From assembly GCF_036917455.1 (NCBI RefSeq), contig NZ_JBALDK010000059.1, forward strand, positions 1,466 to 65,465: a DNA stretch of 64,000 nucleotides, written 5' to 3'. Shown in pieces: positions 29,871 through 39,904 of this stretch; position 1 is the stretch's first letter; the number at the start of each line of letters is the position of its first letter. A program made the position numbers and the translations under genes. This DNA comes from Nostoc sp. Its GTDB lineage: Bacteria; Cyanobacteriota; Cyanobacteriia; Cyanobacteriales; Nostocaceae. The notes under the pieces were generated by a model. The model worked only from the letters and a program-made list of their open reading frames with translations. It ran no database searches and was not told where the DNA came from.

Positions 29871-30905
29871 CTAATTGCTCTTAGTAAATTGGTTTCTAGA
29901 AAAATCACTAGCTCTAGCGATGCGAATCCCTTGAGGCATAATATGTGCCACTTCTGGAGAAAATTGCATCGGTAATTTTTCTGGTGCCCTAGCTACAGCA
30001 TCTGCGATCCGTAATTGGGTAGGTTCCATTTGCAAAGCCATAATCAGACACTCACGATTGCCTCCAGCCCCAGCATGAGCAATTCCACGTAAACGGCCCC
30101 AGATGATAATATCTCCATCTGCAATTACAATACCACCTGGGTTTACATCTCCCAAAATAATTACTGTACCAGGATGACGAATTTCTACTCCAGAGCGGAC
30201 TGTTGTTTCTAGATAGAGGGCATCTGCCTGGGGTGTAGCTGTAGCTTCTGGCTCTGTATTCAGGGAAGTTAGAGGCTGCAATTGCTCTACAGAATACCCA
30301 GATGTGACGGCAGCGATCGCAGTTTGTCGGCGACTTGTTGAGACAGATATTAGCCGCAGTTCGACTTCACTTAAAGCCTCGGCAAGTTCTTGGAGTTGTC
30401 TGGCATCTACTAGGCGGTCTTGTGCCATCAGATGTACGGGAGTATTAGCGATCCGAAAGCGATCGCCTGCATTCAAACGTTGCCTAATTTGTTGCCAAAT
30501 ATCAGACCAACTGAGTTCTGAGGCAGATACTTGAGATTCCAGGGGCAAAATTAATAAAAGTCGTCCCTCCTTACTTTTTAACTGGACTTGGGTATTGTCA
30601 TTTACGCGATACCCAGGTATTGCTGACTCATTGGGATTTGAATCAGTAAGGATAAAATCATCTGATGCTGTATCAGTACTTGACTCAACATCTGGGTTAG
30701 CAGGATTTGACTCTACATCCTCAAAGACAGGATTCGATTTTAAATAAAGGAGGACAGATTGTAACTCCGCATCAGGGGGGATAGGATCTGACTCTACATC
30801 AGAAACAGTAGGATTCACCTCTACCCCCGAAATAATAGAGTTTGATTGTGCATTAGGAAGTGCAGAATTTGACTTTAAATTGGGAATCGTAGGATCAGAA
30901 GTCAT
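29871..30905 (-). CDS. minC: Septum site-determining protein MinC with an acidic N-terminal extension
   Basis: TVRSGVEI, GDVNPGG, GDIIIWGRLRGIAHAG and PTQLRIA. Confidence 0.96.
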   Translation of the reverse strand: MTSDPTIPNLKSNSALPNAQSNSIISGVEVNPTVSDVESDPIPPDAELQSVLLYLKSNPVFEDVESNPANPDVESSTDTASDDFILTDSNPNESAIPGYRVNDNTQVQLKSKEGRLLLILPLESQVSASELSWSDIWQQIRQRLNAGDRFRIANTPVHLMAQDRLVDARQLQELAEALSEVELRLISVSTSRRQTAIAAVTSGYSVEQLQPLTSLNTEPEATATPQADALYLETTVRSGVEIRHPGTVIILGDVNPGGIVIADGDIIIWGRLRGIAHAGAGGNRECLIMALQMEPTQLRIADAVARAPEKLPMQFSPEVAHIMPQGIRIARASDFSRNQFTKSN

Positions 30906-31055
30906 GCAGTACTAGCCAAAAGACAAGGGACACTCCGAATCATTACCAATATTAGATCAGTTGGAAAATCCAACAACATCGTCAGGTAAAAAAGTGCAGA
31001 GGATAGATTACTCCTTTCCCGCCATAAGATTACTTATATTTTCCTTTGCGTCCTT

Positions 31056-31080
31056 CTCTAGGAGACGCTACGCGAATGCG
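31056..31080 (-). repeat. Small dispersed repeat (same family as the element at about 48477-48502)
   Basis: Minus strand TTCGCGTAGCGTCTCCTAGAGAA. Confidence 0.5.
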
Positions 31081-31158
31081 TCCTTGGCAGTTTGTTAAAA
31101 AAATTATCTTCTAGCAGGAAGGGAGTAGTTCAGAATTATCATCATCTTCACTCAACAC

Positions 31159-32481
31159 TCAAGATTGTTTAGTCAACCTTTGATAAATTGTCCCCAAAGC
31201 ATCAGCATCACCAACGTTACCTGGAAATAGCACCACAGGCAAATCAGGAAACTGGGGATGAGCGGATGGGGTTAACACCATTGAACAACCAGCTAAAATT
31301 TGACCGAGTAACCGGGCTGAAGTTAAGGCGAGTCCAGTACTCAAGACATCGTTTGAGGTAATGCCACCCTTGCTGATTAAGAATCCTATATCAGATGGTA
31401 AACCCCGCACAATATCCATCAATAAACTTGAAACTTTTGCCCCAAACTCCAATCGGGTATTGATATCTTTAAAACTCAGTTCCTGACGGCTAGTATAAAC
31501 CACTGGTGTTTTGCCCGCTTCGTGTGCCGCCCGTGTACTTTCCTGAATTTCCGTTAGCAGTGCCGCAAACTGATTTGCATCATCAAGCAATCGCGCTACA
31601 TTGACTTCGATTCCCACGGTTCCCTGTACTTGCAATAGCGCCTCTAACTGCTGAGTAGTCTTTTTCACATGGGAACCAACAATTACTGCCCCTGGTTTAC
31701 CTTGACGCACGTATTGCGCCATGTTTTCGGCAGCAATCGGTTGGGGTGGTAAAGCGGCTAAAGCCGTTAAAATACTTGCGGCACTGCGAAACAGAAAGCG
31801 TTTTCCTTGACTTGCTGCTGCTAATATGTCTACTGCAAAGCGGTTGAGATCGGCTTGAGTTTCACCATCGACGACAGCGCACTGATTACCACTCAGTTGT
31901 AACAAGCGTTCCAAACTACCAGCGCGAATATCGGCTAGGAGAAACCTTTCTACAGCTTCGGCATTAATTCGTCCTTGAGTCTTTTCTTCAACATACTTGG
32001 GTAAGTAACTGTGATGGTAACTGAAGACGGAATCACGGGCAAATTCGGTTTCATCGACTGGGGTGGAGACACCAGCAATAATTAAGTAATGCACGCTGTC
32101 ACGGGTGATGCGTCCGCCCTCAAAAAATGCAGGTACAAGGAAATGAGCATCGAAAGGGCCGAGTTCTTGGGCGATCGCATCAGTTTCAACAGGATAATGC
32201 CCCCGCAAAGTAGAATCAGAACGGCTGACGAGCAGAAAATCGTCAATTCCTTCCGCATTCAAGGCGATTTTCAGGTTTTGGCAAACTTCTTTGGTGACAG
32301 ATGCAGCCGACTCTGGCGTTAGCGATCTAGTATTAGTCAGCACAAAGAAAATCGGCGAATCATCCTGTAACCCACTGCGTAAAGTGTCCACATCCCAGTG
32401 CATTAATAGCAAGCAGCTGTGGACTGTTTGAGAACCTGTGGGGTCATCATCTAGGACAATTATTTTTGGTTTGTTGCTCAT
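31159..32481 (-). CDS. Four-carbon acid sugar kinase family protein (DtnK/YgbK-like)
   Basis: LDDDPTGSQT, SRSDSTLRGH, SKGGITS and FPGNVG. Confidence 0.88.
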   Translation of the reverse strand: MSNKPKIIVLDDDPTGSQTVHSCLLLMHWDVDTLRSGLQDDSPIFFVLTNTRSLTPESAASVTKEVCQNLKIALNAEGIDDFLLVSRSDSTLRGHYPVETDAIAQELGPFDAHFLVPAFFEGGRITRDSVHYLIIAGVSTPVDETEFARDSVFSYHHSYLPKYVEEKTQGRINAEAVERFLLADIRAGSLERLLQLSGNQCAVVDGETQADLNRFAVDILAAASQGKRFLFRSAASILTALAALPPQPIAAENMAQYVRQGKPGAVIVGSHVKKTTQQLEALLQVQGTVGIEVNVARLLDDANQFAALLTEIQESTRAAHEAGKTPVVYTSRQELSFKDINTRLEFGAKVSSLLMDIVRGLPSDIGFLISKGGITSNDVLSTGLALTSARLLGQILAGCSMVLTPSAHPQFPDLPVVLFPGNVGDADALGTIYQRLTKQS

Positions 32482-32538
32482 TTAAGTCAACGGGGCGATT
32501 GTTTATTTAGTAAATTCATCAGTAACGAAAAACTTTAC

Positions 32539-33228
32539 TCAGCCTTTGTGCAATTTTCTGATTTCTGCTTGCACATCGATCGCAATTTGCAAGGATTGAT
32601 TTAGCAGTTGAGCGTATTCGCCTGCTTGACTACTAACTTGTAAAGCTTGCAGACTGGCTAAATTATTCACAAATAACTCTTGATTATTAGCAAGCAATTT
32701 TTTATTATCTCGCAAAATTCGTTCTGTTTTCAGAGCGCGGACTAAATCTTCTCTAATCAGTTGTAATGCGGCGGTTACTTTATCTCGGTCATGAATACTG
32801 CTTTCTATGTTTCCTGATGCTGCCAATTGGTCATTAATATCTATAGCGTGAACCAGGTCATGATATTTATCTACTTCATCTAAAAGTATTGTCAGTCCTT
32901 CAGGACAGGTCAATTGTCGCCATAGCCATCGCCCCACTAATATCGGCATTGGCACTAAAATTAGTAAAAGAATTCCGAATTTAATCGAAGAACCAATTGT
33001 TGGCAGAATAATAAATGCGTAAATAAAGCCCACAATTATGGGCGTTAGCGCCAGCGTCACCAGCGATTCATTGAGCAAAAACCCTAATCGCTTCTTGCTA
33101 TCTCGCAAAACAGAGGGACGGAAAACGTCTTCTGGATCGAATCCAGTCAAACGTCTCAGTTCCCCCTTACTAATTTCCAAACCTATTAAGTCCGGCTGCA
33201 CGGCTGGATAACTCCTATGGAAGCCCAA
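32539..33228 (-). CDS. Hypothetical membrane protein (2 TM helices plus coiled coil)
   Basis: 229-aa ORF with two hydrophobic segments. Start is uncertain. Confidence 0.65.
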   Translation of the reverse strand: MGFHRSYPAVQPDLIGLEISKGELRRLTGFDPEDVFRPSVLRDSKKRLGFLLNESLVTLALTPIIVGFIYAFIILPTIGSSIKFGILLLILVPMPILVGRWLWRQLTCPEGLTILLDEVDKYHDLVHAIDINDQLAASGNIESSIHDRDKVTAALQLIREDLVRALKTERILRDNKKLLANNQELFVNNLASLQALQVSSQAGEYAQLLNQSLQIAIDVQAEIRKLHKG

Positions 33229-33484
33229 GTTGCGTATTTATTTTAATCGGGTTTGGTAGAGAAGCAATGGATGGTTACGTAATAGTTATGATTAAAAGCA
33301 AGCAAACTGTGTAACACGACTGCTTAAAGCTAAGAAGCCTTTTTGGATACAATGCAGTACTGATGTAGGCGATCGCATTTATCAATTATCAGTTATCAGA
33401 GTGGGAGTAAAAGCTTGAAACCAAGATAACTGTTCGCTGGCAACTGTTAAAGGAGCGCGATCTGCCAGGATGGGTTCCTGAATC

Positions 33485-34690
33485 CTACTTTCTGACAAAG
33501 TTAGACGGGTCTTGATCTCGTCGATGCTTAGTGGGAATTGGGGTTGGCTGTCCGTCACCCGCAAGGGCTGCGGTTTTTTCCAGTGATTCCCTCAATCGCT
33601 TGGCGGCGTAGATAGACATGTCTCGCGGTATATTAATGCGATCGCGCAAATATCGGAGAGCAACATCAGATCCCGGTGGAGGTACACAGTCTTCATTGGT
33701 CATCATGTGTGTTAAAGCACAACGTAGGGCTTGGTCAAACAATTTATCATCTAAAGGGTTGACTCGGATAATATTGATGCGATGCTCGATAGTTCGTTGA
33801 AGAGCTTCCATGCGAGAGTTTTCGGGTTCTGGATAAGTAACATCTGGTAGCCCGAACCAGGGCCCGTTATCCACCCGCGCTTTATTGATAAGCATCTGGG
33901 TGTCGCCGTTTTCCCAACAGCCCCCCATCTGGGGCGGCAAATCATGTACGTGGGTGTGAAAGTCACTCTGAGTACCGCAGTAGGTCGGTCGGCTTTCCAT
34001 TGCTGCAAACCATGCCCTCAAGCGAGGGTTTTCCTCACGCAAAGAGTAGCCCTTGTAGTAGTAAAGGCTCGCATTCATCCGTTCGAGATATGGCGTAAAA
34101 ATGACATCAACGATGCCGAAGCTATCTAGAAAGTAAGGACTTGGGGTGCAACCCAGAGCCTCCTCCACCCTAGCCACTACTTGGATGAATTGTTCTCGGT
34201 TACGTTGTTCTTGTTGAGAGTTCTCTGCTCTATAGCACAGCCAAGCACACCAAGCTCGAAATAAAAGTCGTTCTAGTTGACGTAGAGGAAGCACTGTGCG
34301 ATCTTCCATCCCTTGGCTCAATGGCTCAAAAACCTTTGACAAAGCGATCAAAATGTCATCGCTTTCCTTAATAATCTGTCCATCTAGCTCGATCGCGGGG
34401 AGCATTCCTGATGGTACCTTACGTTTATACCAACTTTCTTTCTCCCCATAACAGAACATTGTCACTTTTTCGATGCGATAGGGGATCTGTTTTTCCTCTA
34501 GCCATAACCAAACTTTTTGACAGTAAGGACACCAGGCGTGGTTATCGCGGTACAGTGTTACCCGCACATCAGATTCGCGCTGACCAAACAAGCGCAACCT
34601 GGCTTTAGCGTTGGTGAGACCATTAACGGTATCTATTTGATAGTCCGTGAGGGTTTCTAGTTCTTGCCAGCTTAAGGGTGCGGTAGTCAT
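33485..34690 (-). CDS. Glutathione S-transferase family protein (probable start 34690)
   Basis: [26 protein letters not shown] and [11 protein letters not shown]. Confidence 0.88.
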   Translation of the reverse strand: MTTAPLSWQELETLTDYQIDTVNGLTNAKARLRLFGQRESDVRVTLYRDNHAWCPYCQKVWLWLEEKQIPYRIEKVTMFCYGEKESWYKRKVPSGMLPAIELDGQIIKESDDILIALSKVFEPLSQGMEDRTVLPLRQLERLLFRAWCAWLCYRAENSQQEQRNREQFIQVVARVEEALGCTPSPYFLDSFGIVDVIFTPYLERMNASLYYYKGYSLREENPRLRAWFAAMESRPTYCGTQSDFHTHVHDLPPQMGGCWENGDTQMLINKARVDNGPWFGLPDVTYPEPENSRMEALQRTIEHRINIIRVNPLDDKLFDQALRCALTHMMTNEDCVPPPGSDVALRYLRDRINIPRDMSIYAAKRLRESLEKTAALAGDGQPTPIPTKHRRDQDPSNFVRK

Positions 34691-35067
34691 AGGGTGAATT
34701 GCGTAGGCCAATACTTAGGACTTTTCTTGACTCTACAATATTTTCAATTACACCAAGGCTTAATTTCACCGATAGGTTCGCCCATTTGGAAAAGATATTG
34801 GAATTTTAGGATAGTGGCTCTATTGGGATGAACTATCTGTGTTAACGCTCAAAATACTGTGTATGATTCGGTGTCAGTCCCTAATAAAATTGATGAAGAT
34901 GGTTTAATCACCGAGACTGTAACAGATAAGTTAGCAATTCGCAGTCCTTGAGTAATTTCACCTCCTCTAAGTTGGAATGACCTAACAAAACAAGGATTTT
35001 ATATTTTAGTTTTTCTTTCCTATAAACAACTGTATTCACAAAACGATCCGATTTATCAGAGAAATTA

Positions 35068-36339
35068 ATGAACTCAAAATATAACTTTCAATACTTCCAA
35101 GGAAGCTCTCTTTCTGATTTGTTTGCTCAAGATATCACAGATGCATCTTATGGGTTTATCTTAAATTACCCTGCAACTGCGAGTTGGGCTGCTTATCCCA
35201 ACCGGAAAAAATATTTTATTCAAGATGGCAGTAGTGAAGCCACCAAAACCTCATTTGACAAGATTTGCCAAAAGGAATCTTGGAAAAATTTGGCTGTGTT
35301 AGGCGAGGGCATTCCTGGAATTGTGATTATTCCACCACCAAAGTTGCTGCTGGAATACTGGCAAGAGCATTTCGGATTTAATCACTCCAATATTGAGATG
35401 ATGGACTGCTCAACTTATCTAGACGATCTGGGCCGCAACGAACGCTTTGATAAACTCATTACTCTATTTCCCTTCGATGGTTTAAAAACCGAAAAACACG
35501 CTGTTGATTCAGACACCCATTACCGCTTACTTAGTAAAGTAACGCTAGACGAACTGGGCGTGCAATGTCCAAAATACAAAACCTACAATCTGCACCAAAT
35601 CAATCTCCAAGACATCCAGTTACCGCAATTTCCCTATTTAATCAAAACATCGCACGGACTCTCAGGAGAAGGCACTTATATCATCAAAAGTCCCAGCGAT
35701 CTAAACTACTGCCTTGAAGAAATTAGAAAATATCTTGCTATTAAATTGCTCGATACGATTATTGTCTCAGAGTTCGTCAAGAATGAGGTGCAAAATTACT
35801 GCGTACAGTTTTATATCAACAAAGCGGGGGAGATAACCCTCATCGGTACTACTGGACAACTCGTTACTCCAGAAGGCAACTATTTAGGGGGACTGATTGA
35901 CTACCGCAAAACTGACATGAGCAAGTTCTTTGAGATGATTGCCAACGTTGGTCAGTATGCTCACAAATATGGGTATTTCGGCGTGATTGGCTTTGATGTG
36001 TTGGAAAATCAAGATGGACAGCTTTTTGCAATCGATGCCAATTTCAGAGTTAATGGCTCGACTTCGTTGTGTTTGCAGCGCCATACTCTAGTGCGACTGG
36101 GAAAAGGAGTAGCTAAATATTCCGGTAGCTACCGAATGGAGGGGACATTAGAATCAATTCTCATAACCCTCAGACCAGAATTAGATCGCAAAGACTTGAT
36201 TATTCTATCGGCTTTGGAGAAAGTCAAATACGGAAAAATCTATACAGAACTTTATGCGATCGCTACTGGAGAAACTATCGAACAAATGCAGTCTATTGAG
36301 CAGAAATTACAGAATAAGGGATTACAACTAGTCTCTTAA
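35068..36339 (+). CDS. ATP-grasp domain protein of unknown function
   Basis: PYLIKTSHGLSGEGT, IVSEFV, GVIGFDV and AIDANFRVNGS. Confidence 0.8.
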   Translation: MNSKYNFQYFQGSSLSDLFAQDITDASYGFILNYPATASWAAYPNRKKYFIQDGSSEATKTSFDKICQKESWKNLAVLGEGIPGIVIIPPPKLLLEYWQEHFGFNHSNIEMMDCSTYLDDLGRNERFDKLITLFPFDGLKTEKHAVDSDTHYRLLSKVTLDELGVQCPKYKTYNLHQINLQDIQLPQFPYLIKTSHGLSGEGTYIIKSPSDLNYCLEEIRKYLAIKLLDTIIVSEFVKNEVQNYCVQFYINKAGEITLIGTTGQLVTPEGNYLGGLIDYRKTDMSKFFEMIANVGQYAHKYGYFGVIGFDVLENQDGQLFAIDANFRVNGSTSLCLQRHTLVRLGKGVAKYSGSYRMEGTLESILITLRPELDRKDLIILSALEKVKYGKIYTELYAIATGETIEQMQSIEQKLQNKGLQLVS

Positions 36340-36371
36340 GGGCTAGTACTGATGCAGGTTATAAAGAATAT

Positions 36372-37244
36372 CTACACTAGGCATTCTTGATAAACCCAAT
36401 TGTCAGGAATTCTTTCTAAAATCCCATAACCAAACACCTGATTCATTTTTAAATATTCCAGATGAACGTAACCAATATGACAGTGACAAGTTTGGTTGCT
36501 ACAAGGTTGATTAACCAAAGGTACTTCCCAGTCAGAATCATAAATATTACCAATAGGTTCTTTAATAAAATGACATCGGCGCATTGTCCCATCACCATCA
36601 ACAGAAATCGCTGATTTTCCAGCCCTACAAGAATGCCCAAAGCTAGGATAATGTTGAGTATTTAATTCATATAATGGGTCAATAGATTGGAAAAATTCTC
36701 GATTTTCTGGTGATAAATTAGGAAGTTCAGCCTTGACAGCATTAATCCACAAATAAACATGGTGTGGTAACTCCTGACGTAAAGCTGCTATTTCCGCTTG
36801 AAACTTGGGAAAACCGACAACTCCAACGCTGAATTTGACATTTTTGTTGTCTAAATTGAGGCATTTTTGTAAAAAGCGATCGCGTGACACCCATCCTGAA
36901 TGAAAAGTTGCCCAAAGTGCCAATTTATCTTTGTTACATTCATCTACCCAATCTAGCTGACAAGAGAGATTAGTTTGAATTGCGGCTTTCTTAACATTGG
37001 GCAATTGCGTTAATTTTACCAGCGCTTGCTGATACCAAGAATGGATTAGGGCTTCTCCCCAAGGAGTAAACAGAATTGAAAATTGATGTTGGGGATGTTG
37101 GGAAATCCAATTGACAAACCGTTCTAAAGATTGTTTATCGATTGCTAATTCTGCGGCTGTTTGTTGGCGTTTAGCAAAAGGGCAATATTCACACCCGTAG
37201 TTGCAACTGATTAAAGAACCGCGATAGAGAATGGTGAGGTGCAT
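36372..37244 (-). CDS. Radical SAM protein, STM4011-like
   Basis: SCNYGCEYCPF (CxxxCxxC) and a Cys-rich C-terminus (CRAG...CHF...CSNQTCHCHIG). Last gene of the module. Confidence 0.85.
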   Translation of the reverse strand: MHLTILYRGSLISCNYGCEYCPFAKRQQTAAELAIDKQSLERFVNWISQHPQHQFSILFTPWGEALIHSWYQQALVKLTQLPNVKKAAIQTNLSCQLDWVDECNKDKLALWATFHSGWVSRDRFLQKCLNLDNKNVKFSVGVVGFPKFQAEIAALRQELPHHVYLWINAVKAELPNLSPENREFFQSIDPLYELNTQHYPSFGHSCRAGKSAISVDGDGTMRRCHFIKEPIGNIYDSDWEVPLVNQPCSNQTCHCHIGYVHLEYLKMNQVFGYGILERIPDNWVYQECLV

Positions 37245-37266
37245 ATTAATAATGAGTTAAATTGCA

Positions 37267-37496
37267 TTATTCAGTAATAGAACAGTAGCGCCCGTGTATA
37301 TAGTTGTATCCGTATCCTAATTTTCCTTGCTGACCATAAATTAATTGACAGCATCGATTCTGGCTTTGACTAGAAAACTTGCCAAGCGTTGTTTAACACC
37401 TTCAATTCCACCTAAAACAACACCTTGTACTGGTGGCGGTGCTTCTTTGCCAAGTACAACATCAAATTCTCTCGGTTCATTTTGATTGTTTATCAT
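37267..37496 (-). pseudogene. Collapsed STM4015-like gene: N-terminal ~50 codons joined to the C-terminal ~15 codons
   Basis: GGAG RBS then MINNQNEPREFDVVLGKEAPPPVQGVVLGGIEGVKQRL...N* (37341-37496). A shifted frame continues YGQQG...YIHGRYCSITE* (stop 37267-37269), matching both ends of 42053..43306. Confidence 0.85.
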
Positions 37497-37577
37497 ATTT
37501 TCTCCAACGGTAGATGTAATGTAAATATCCGTATAAATGTGATTAATCGCTTCTAGACAAATCTTTTTGAAGCCTCA

Positions 37578-38921
37578 CTATTTCAACTCATAATCCTGCA
37601 TTAATTCCTGCACTTTCTCAGAAAATAACCACGTGCCAATAATATCAGAACGCTCAATGCCAAATTCAGTTAACTGCAAAATATCCTCATCTTTTATCGC
37701 CAAATTAAAAGCAAGCAGTTCTGAAAATTCTGGAAAATCAGCGTATACTTCACTATCAAATTGCTGACGATAGCTAGCACAATTCAATCCTTCATCGGAA
37801 AGCAAAGATAATAAAATATACCGCCGACGTTGTTCTTCAGCATTTAGTTGAAAACCATAGTGCGCGTAATCAAATGACTCATCTACTGTTTGAATATACG
37901 CTTGTAAAATCTTACTGATTCCCTTTGCTCCCACTGCATATTCGTTGGAGTAGTGCAAAGTATCGGTGTAGGAACGTGCGCCACAACCTAAACCAATCAT
38001 ACCGTCGGCTTGACAACAGTAAACGGGAGATGAGGAAGGAAGATTGCTACCTTGTCCTTCTTCTAAGCGTTGGAACATCCGCATGGAAACTTGCGTATAT
38101 CCTTTCGATAATAATAGCGATCGCCCTTCTCGATAACAAGCTAAACGAATATCATCCCATTCTTTATCTGTGCGTCCCAAACCTGTGAGCGATCGCACAT
38201 ACAATGGATATAAATAAATTTCTTCTGGTTGAAAACGCAAGGTAGCTTGTATTGATTGCAACCAAGTATTTACTGTTTGTCCGGGTAAACCGTAAATCAA
38301 ATCAATATTAAGCGTGGGAAATCCCATCTCTTTGATCCTTGTCAGCGTTGCTTCTACTTGGGTAGTAGATTGACGGCGCTGGGTTGCTAAAACTTCCGAA
38401 TCGATGAAGCTTTGGACACCAATACTAACACGATCGACGACGTGCGATCGCAACAGCTTTAACTTGTCCTCAGTGGCGGTTTCTGGCGAAACTTCTACAG
38501 AAATAGGAATTTCCTGTAAGTTTGCACCCATCGTATTTTCAGCAATATTGAGAATAGTTTTGAGATGCTGAATAGGTAATTGGGTAGGAGTTCCGCCACC
38601 AATAGCGAACCTAGCAAATGACGCATCACCCAACACCACTTTCATCCGTTGCGCCTGTCGGTGTAGTGTGTGGACATATTGATTCATAAAATCTTCATTG
38701 TAGCTGACTGTGGTAAACAGGTTGCAGAAACCACAACGCATTTCGCAAAACGGTATGTGTATGTAGAGAAATAGCGCTTGTCTATCTTGCTGCGCCCAAA
38801 GTTCTGGAAGATACACAGGTGGAGTTAGGGGACGATAAGCCGTTTTGTGGGGGTAAGAATAGACGTATGCTTGATAGGGAGACTGGGCGATTTTCGATTT
38901 AAGATTTTTGATTGTCAGCAT
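37578..38921 (-). CDS. HemN-like radical SAM protein, STM4012-like
   Basis: YIHIPFCEMRCGFC, GGGTPT, RVSIGVQSF, NIDLIYGLPGQ and IGLGCGA. Confidence 0.88.
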   Translation of the reverse strand: MLTIKNLKSKIAQSPYQAYVYSYPHKTAYRPLTPPVYLPELWAQQDRQALFLYIHIPFCEMRCGFCNLFTTVSYNEDFMNQYVHTLHRQAQRMKVVLGDASFARFAIGGGTPTQLPIQHLKTILNIAENTMGANLQEIPISVEVSPETATEDKLKLLRSHVVDRVSIGVQSFIDSEVLATQRRQSTTQVEATLTRIKEMGFPTLNIDLIYGLPGQTVNTWLQSIQATLRFQPEEIYLYPLYVRSLTGLGRTDKEWDDIRLACYREGRSLLLSKGYTQVSMRMFQRLEEGQGSNLPSSSPVYCCQADGMIGLGCGARSYTDTLHYSNEYAVGAKGISKILQAYIQTVDESFDYAHYGFQLNAEEQRRRYILLSLLSDEGLNCASYRQQFDSEVYADFPEFSELLAFNLAIKDEDILQLTEFGIERSDIIGTWLFSEKVQELMQDYELK

Positions 38922-39004
38922 AGAATTTCAAGTATTTTCGTAACAAGTTAAGAATTTGCTTTAAGTCTCACGCAAAGAATACCTCTGCGCCTCTGGGTGA
39001 GTTT

Positions 39005-39805
39005 TCATAAGATAAACTCTGCATAGGGAACAGTCCAAACCAAAGGATGGCTAAGTCGATGTCCAGTGTAACCATCTTCACCATAAGTTGTACCGTGGTC
39101 GGAACAGAGAATGCAAAAAGTAGAATGCCTTTGTCGTATAATATTCCAGAGTTTAGCTAATTGGCGATCGACATATTCCAAAGCTGCGGCGTGAGATTCA
39201 ATGGTATCGATTTTATCTTCTACATCGGTAAGATAGAAATAATTTGGTTGATGCAAAGCAGAAATATTTATAAATAAAAATATACGTTGATTGTTTGGCA
39301 TTTTTTCTAAAATATGTTGTGCAAGATTTACCTGATTTTCTGTAGATTCGGGGTTAGTAACTCCTAATTCTGGACTCCAATAACTTTCGGCAAACATTGA
39401 GGGAATTACATTACCTAAAGGGTTACGTTTGTTGAAAAAACCAACTCCACCAATGCAAACTGTATGATATCCCTTAGCAGCTAATCCATTAACAATATTT
39501 GAGTTATCTAACACACAAGTTGTATCAGTTGTAGTGGTACTTCCTTCAAATCCCAAAGCAAAAAGACGGGGGTGAATTCCAGGCGTTACAGGTGTGGGTA
39601 AAAAGCCTGCGAAAAACGCATGATGAGCAGCATAAGTGAAGTTTCCAGGTGAATGGCGTTCTTCCCAACCTGTTTTAGGGAGTACTTTTGCTAAGTTTGG
39701 AGTGCGTTTTTGTGCGAGTAGGTTTTTAGCTATGTTGTAACGCAATGTGTCTAGGGTAATAAATAAGATATCGTGAGTTCCGACGATTTCATTCATATTG
39801 AACAT
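39005..39805 (-). CDS. Alkaline phosphatase/sulfatase-superfamily hydrolase, STM4013-like
   Basis: FITLDTLR, PGNFTYAAH, HQP and CSDHG...GH metal ligands. Confidence 0.85.
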   Translation of the reverse strand: MFNMNEIVGTHDILFITLDTLRYNIAKNLLAQKRTPNLAKVLPKTGWEERHSPGNFTYAAHHAFFAGFLPTPVTPGIHPRLFALGFEGSTTTTDTTCVLDNSNIVNGLAAKGYHTVCIGGVGFFNKRNPLGNVIPSMFAESYWSPELGVTNPESTENQVNLAQHILEKMPNNQRIFLFINISALHQPNYFYLTDVEDKIDTIESHAAALEYVDRQLAKLWNIIRQRHSTFCILCSDHGTTYGEDGYTGHRLSHPLVWTVPYAEFIL

Positions 39806-39904
39806 AGAAGTAAAAATTATATTTGATAACTTTTAGCCACATAGATATTAGGTTCACGCAGAGGCGGAAAGACTAGCGAGAAACTTATCTGCTCATAAAA
39901 ATAT

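Noticed and set aside
34860-34952. Protein-like stretch YDSVSVPNKIDEDGLITETVTDKLAIRSP*
   Set aside because: No start codon or RBS and no family recognised. It could be a remnant but is unsupported.
37578-38921. Annotating the HemN-like protein as coproporphyrinogen III oxidase (hemN)
   Set aside because: The operon context and the N-terminal YxYSYPHKTAY segment point to a distinct family. The fold alone does not give function.
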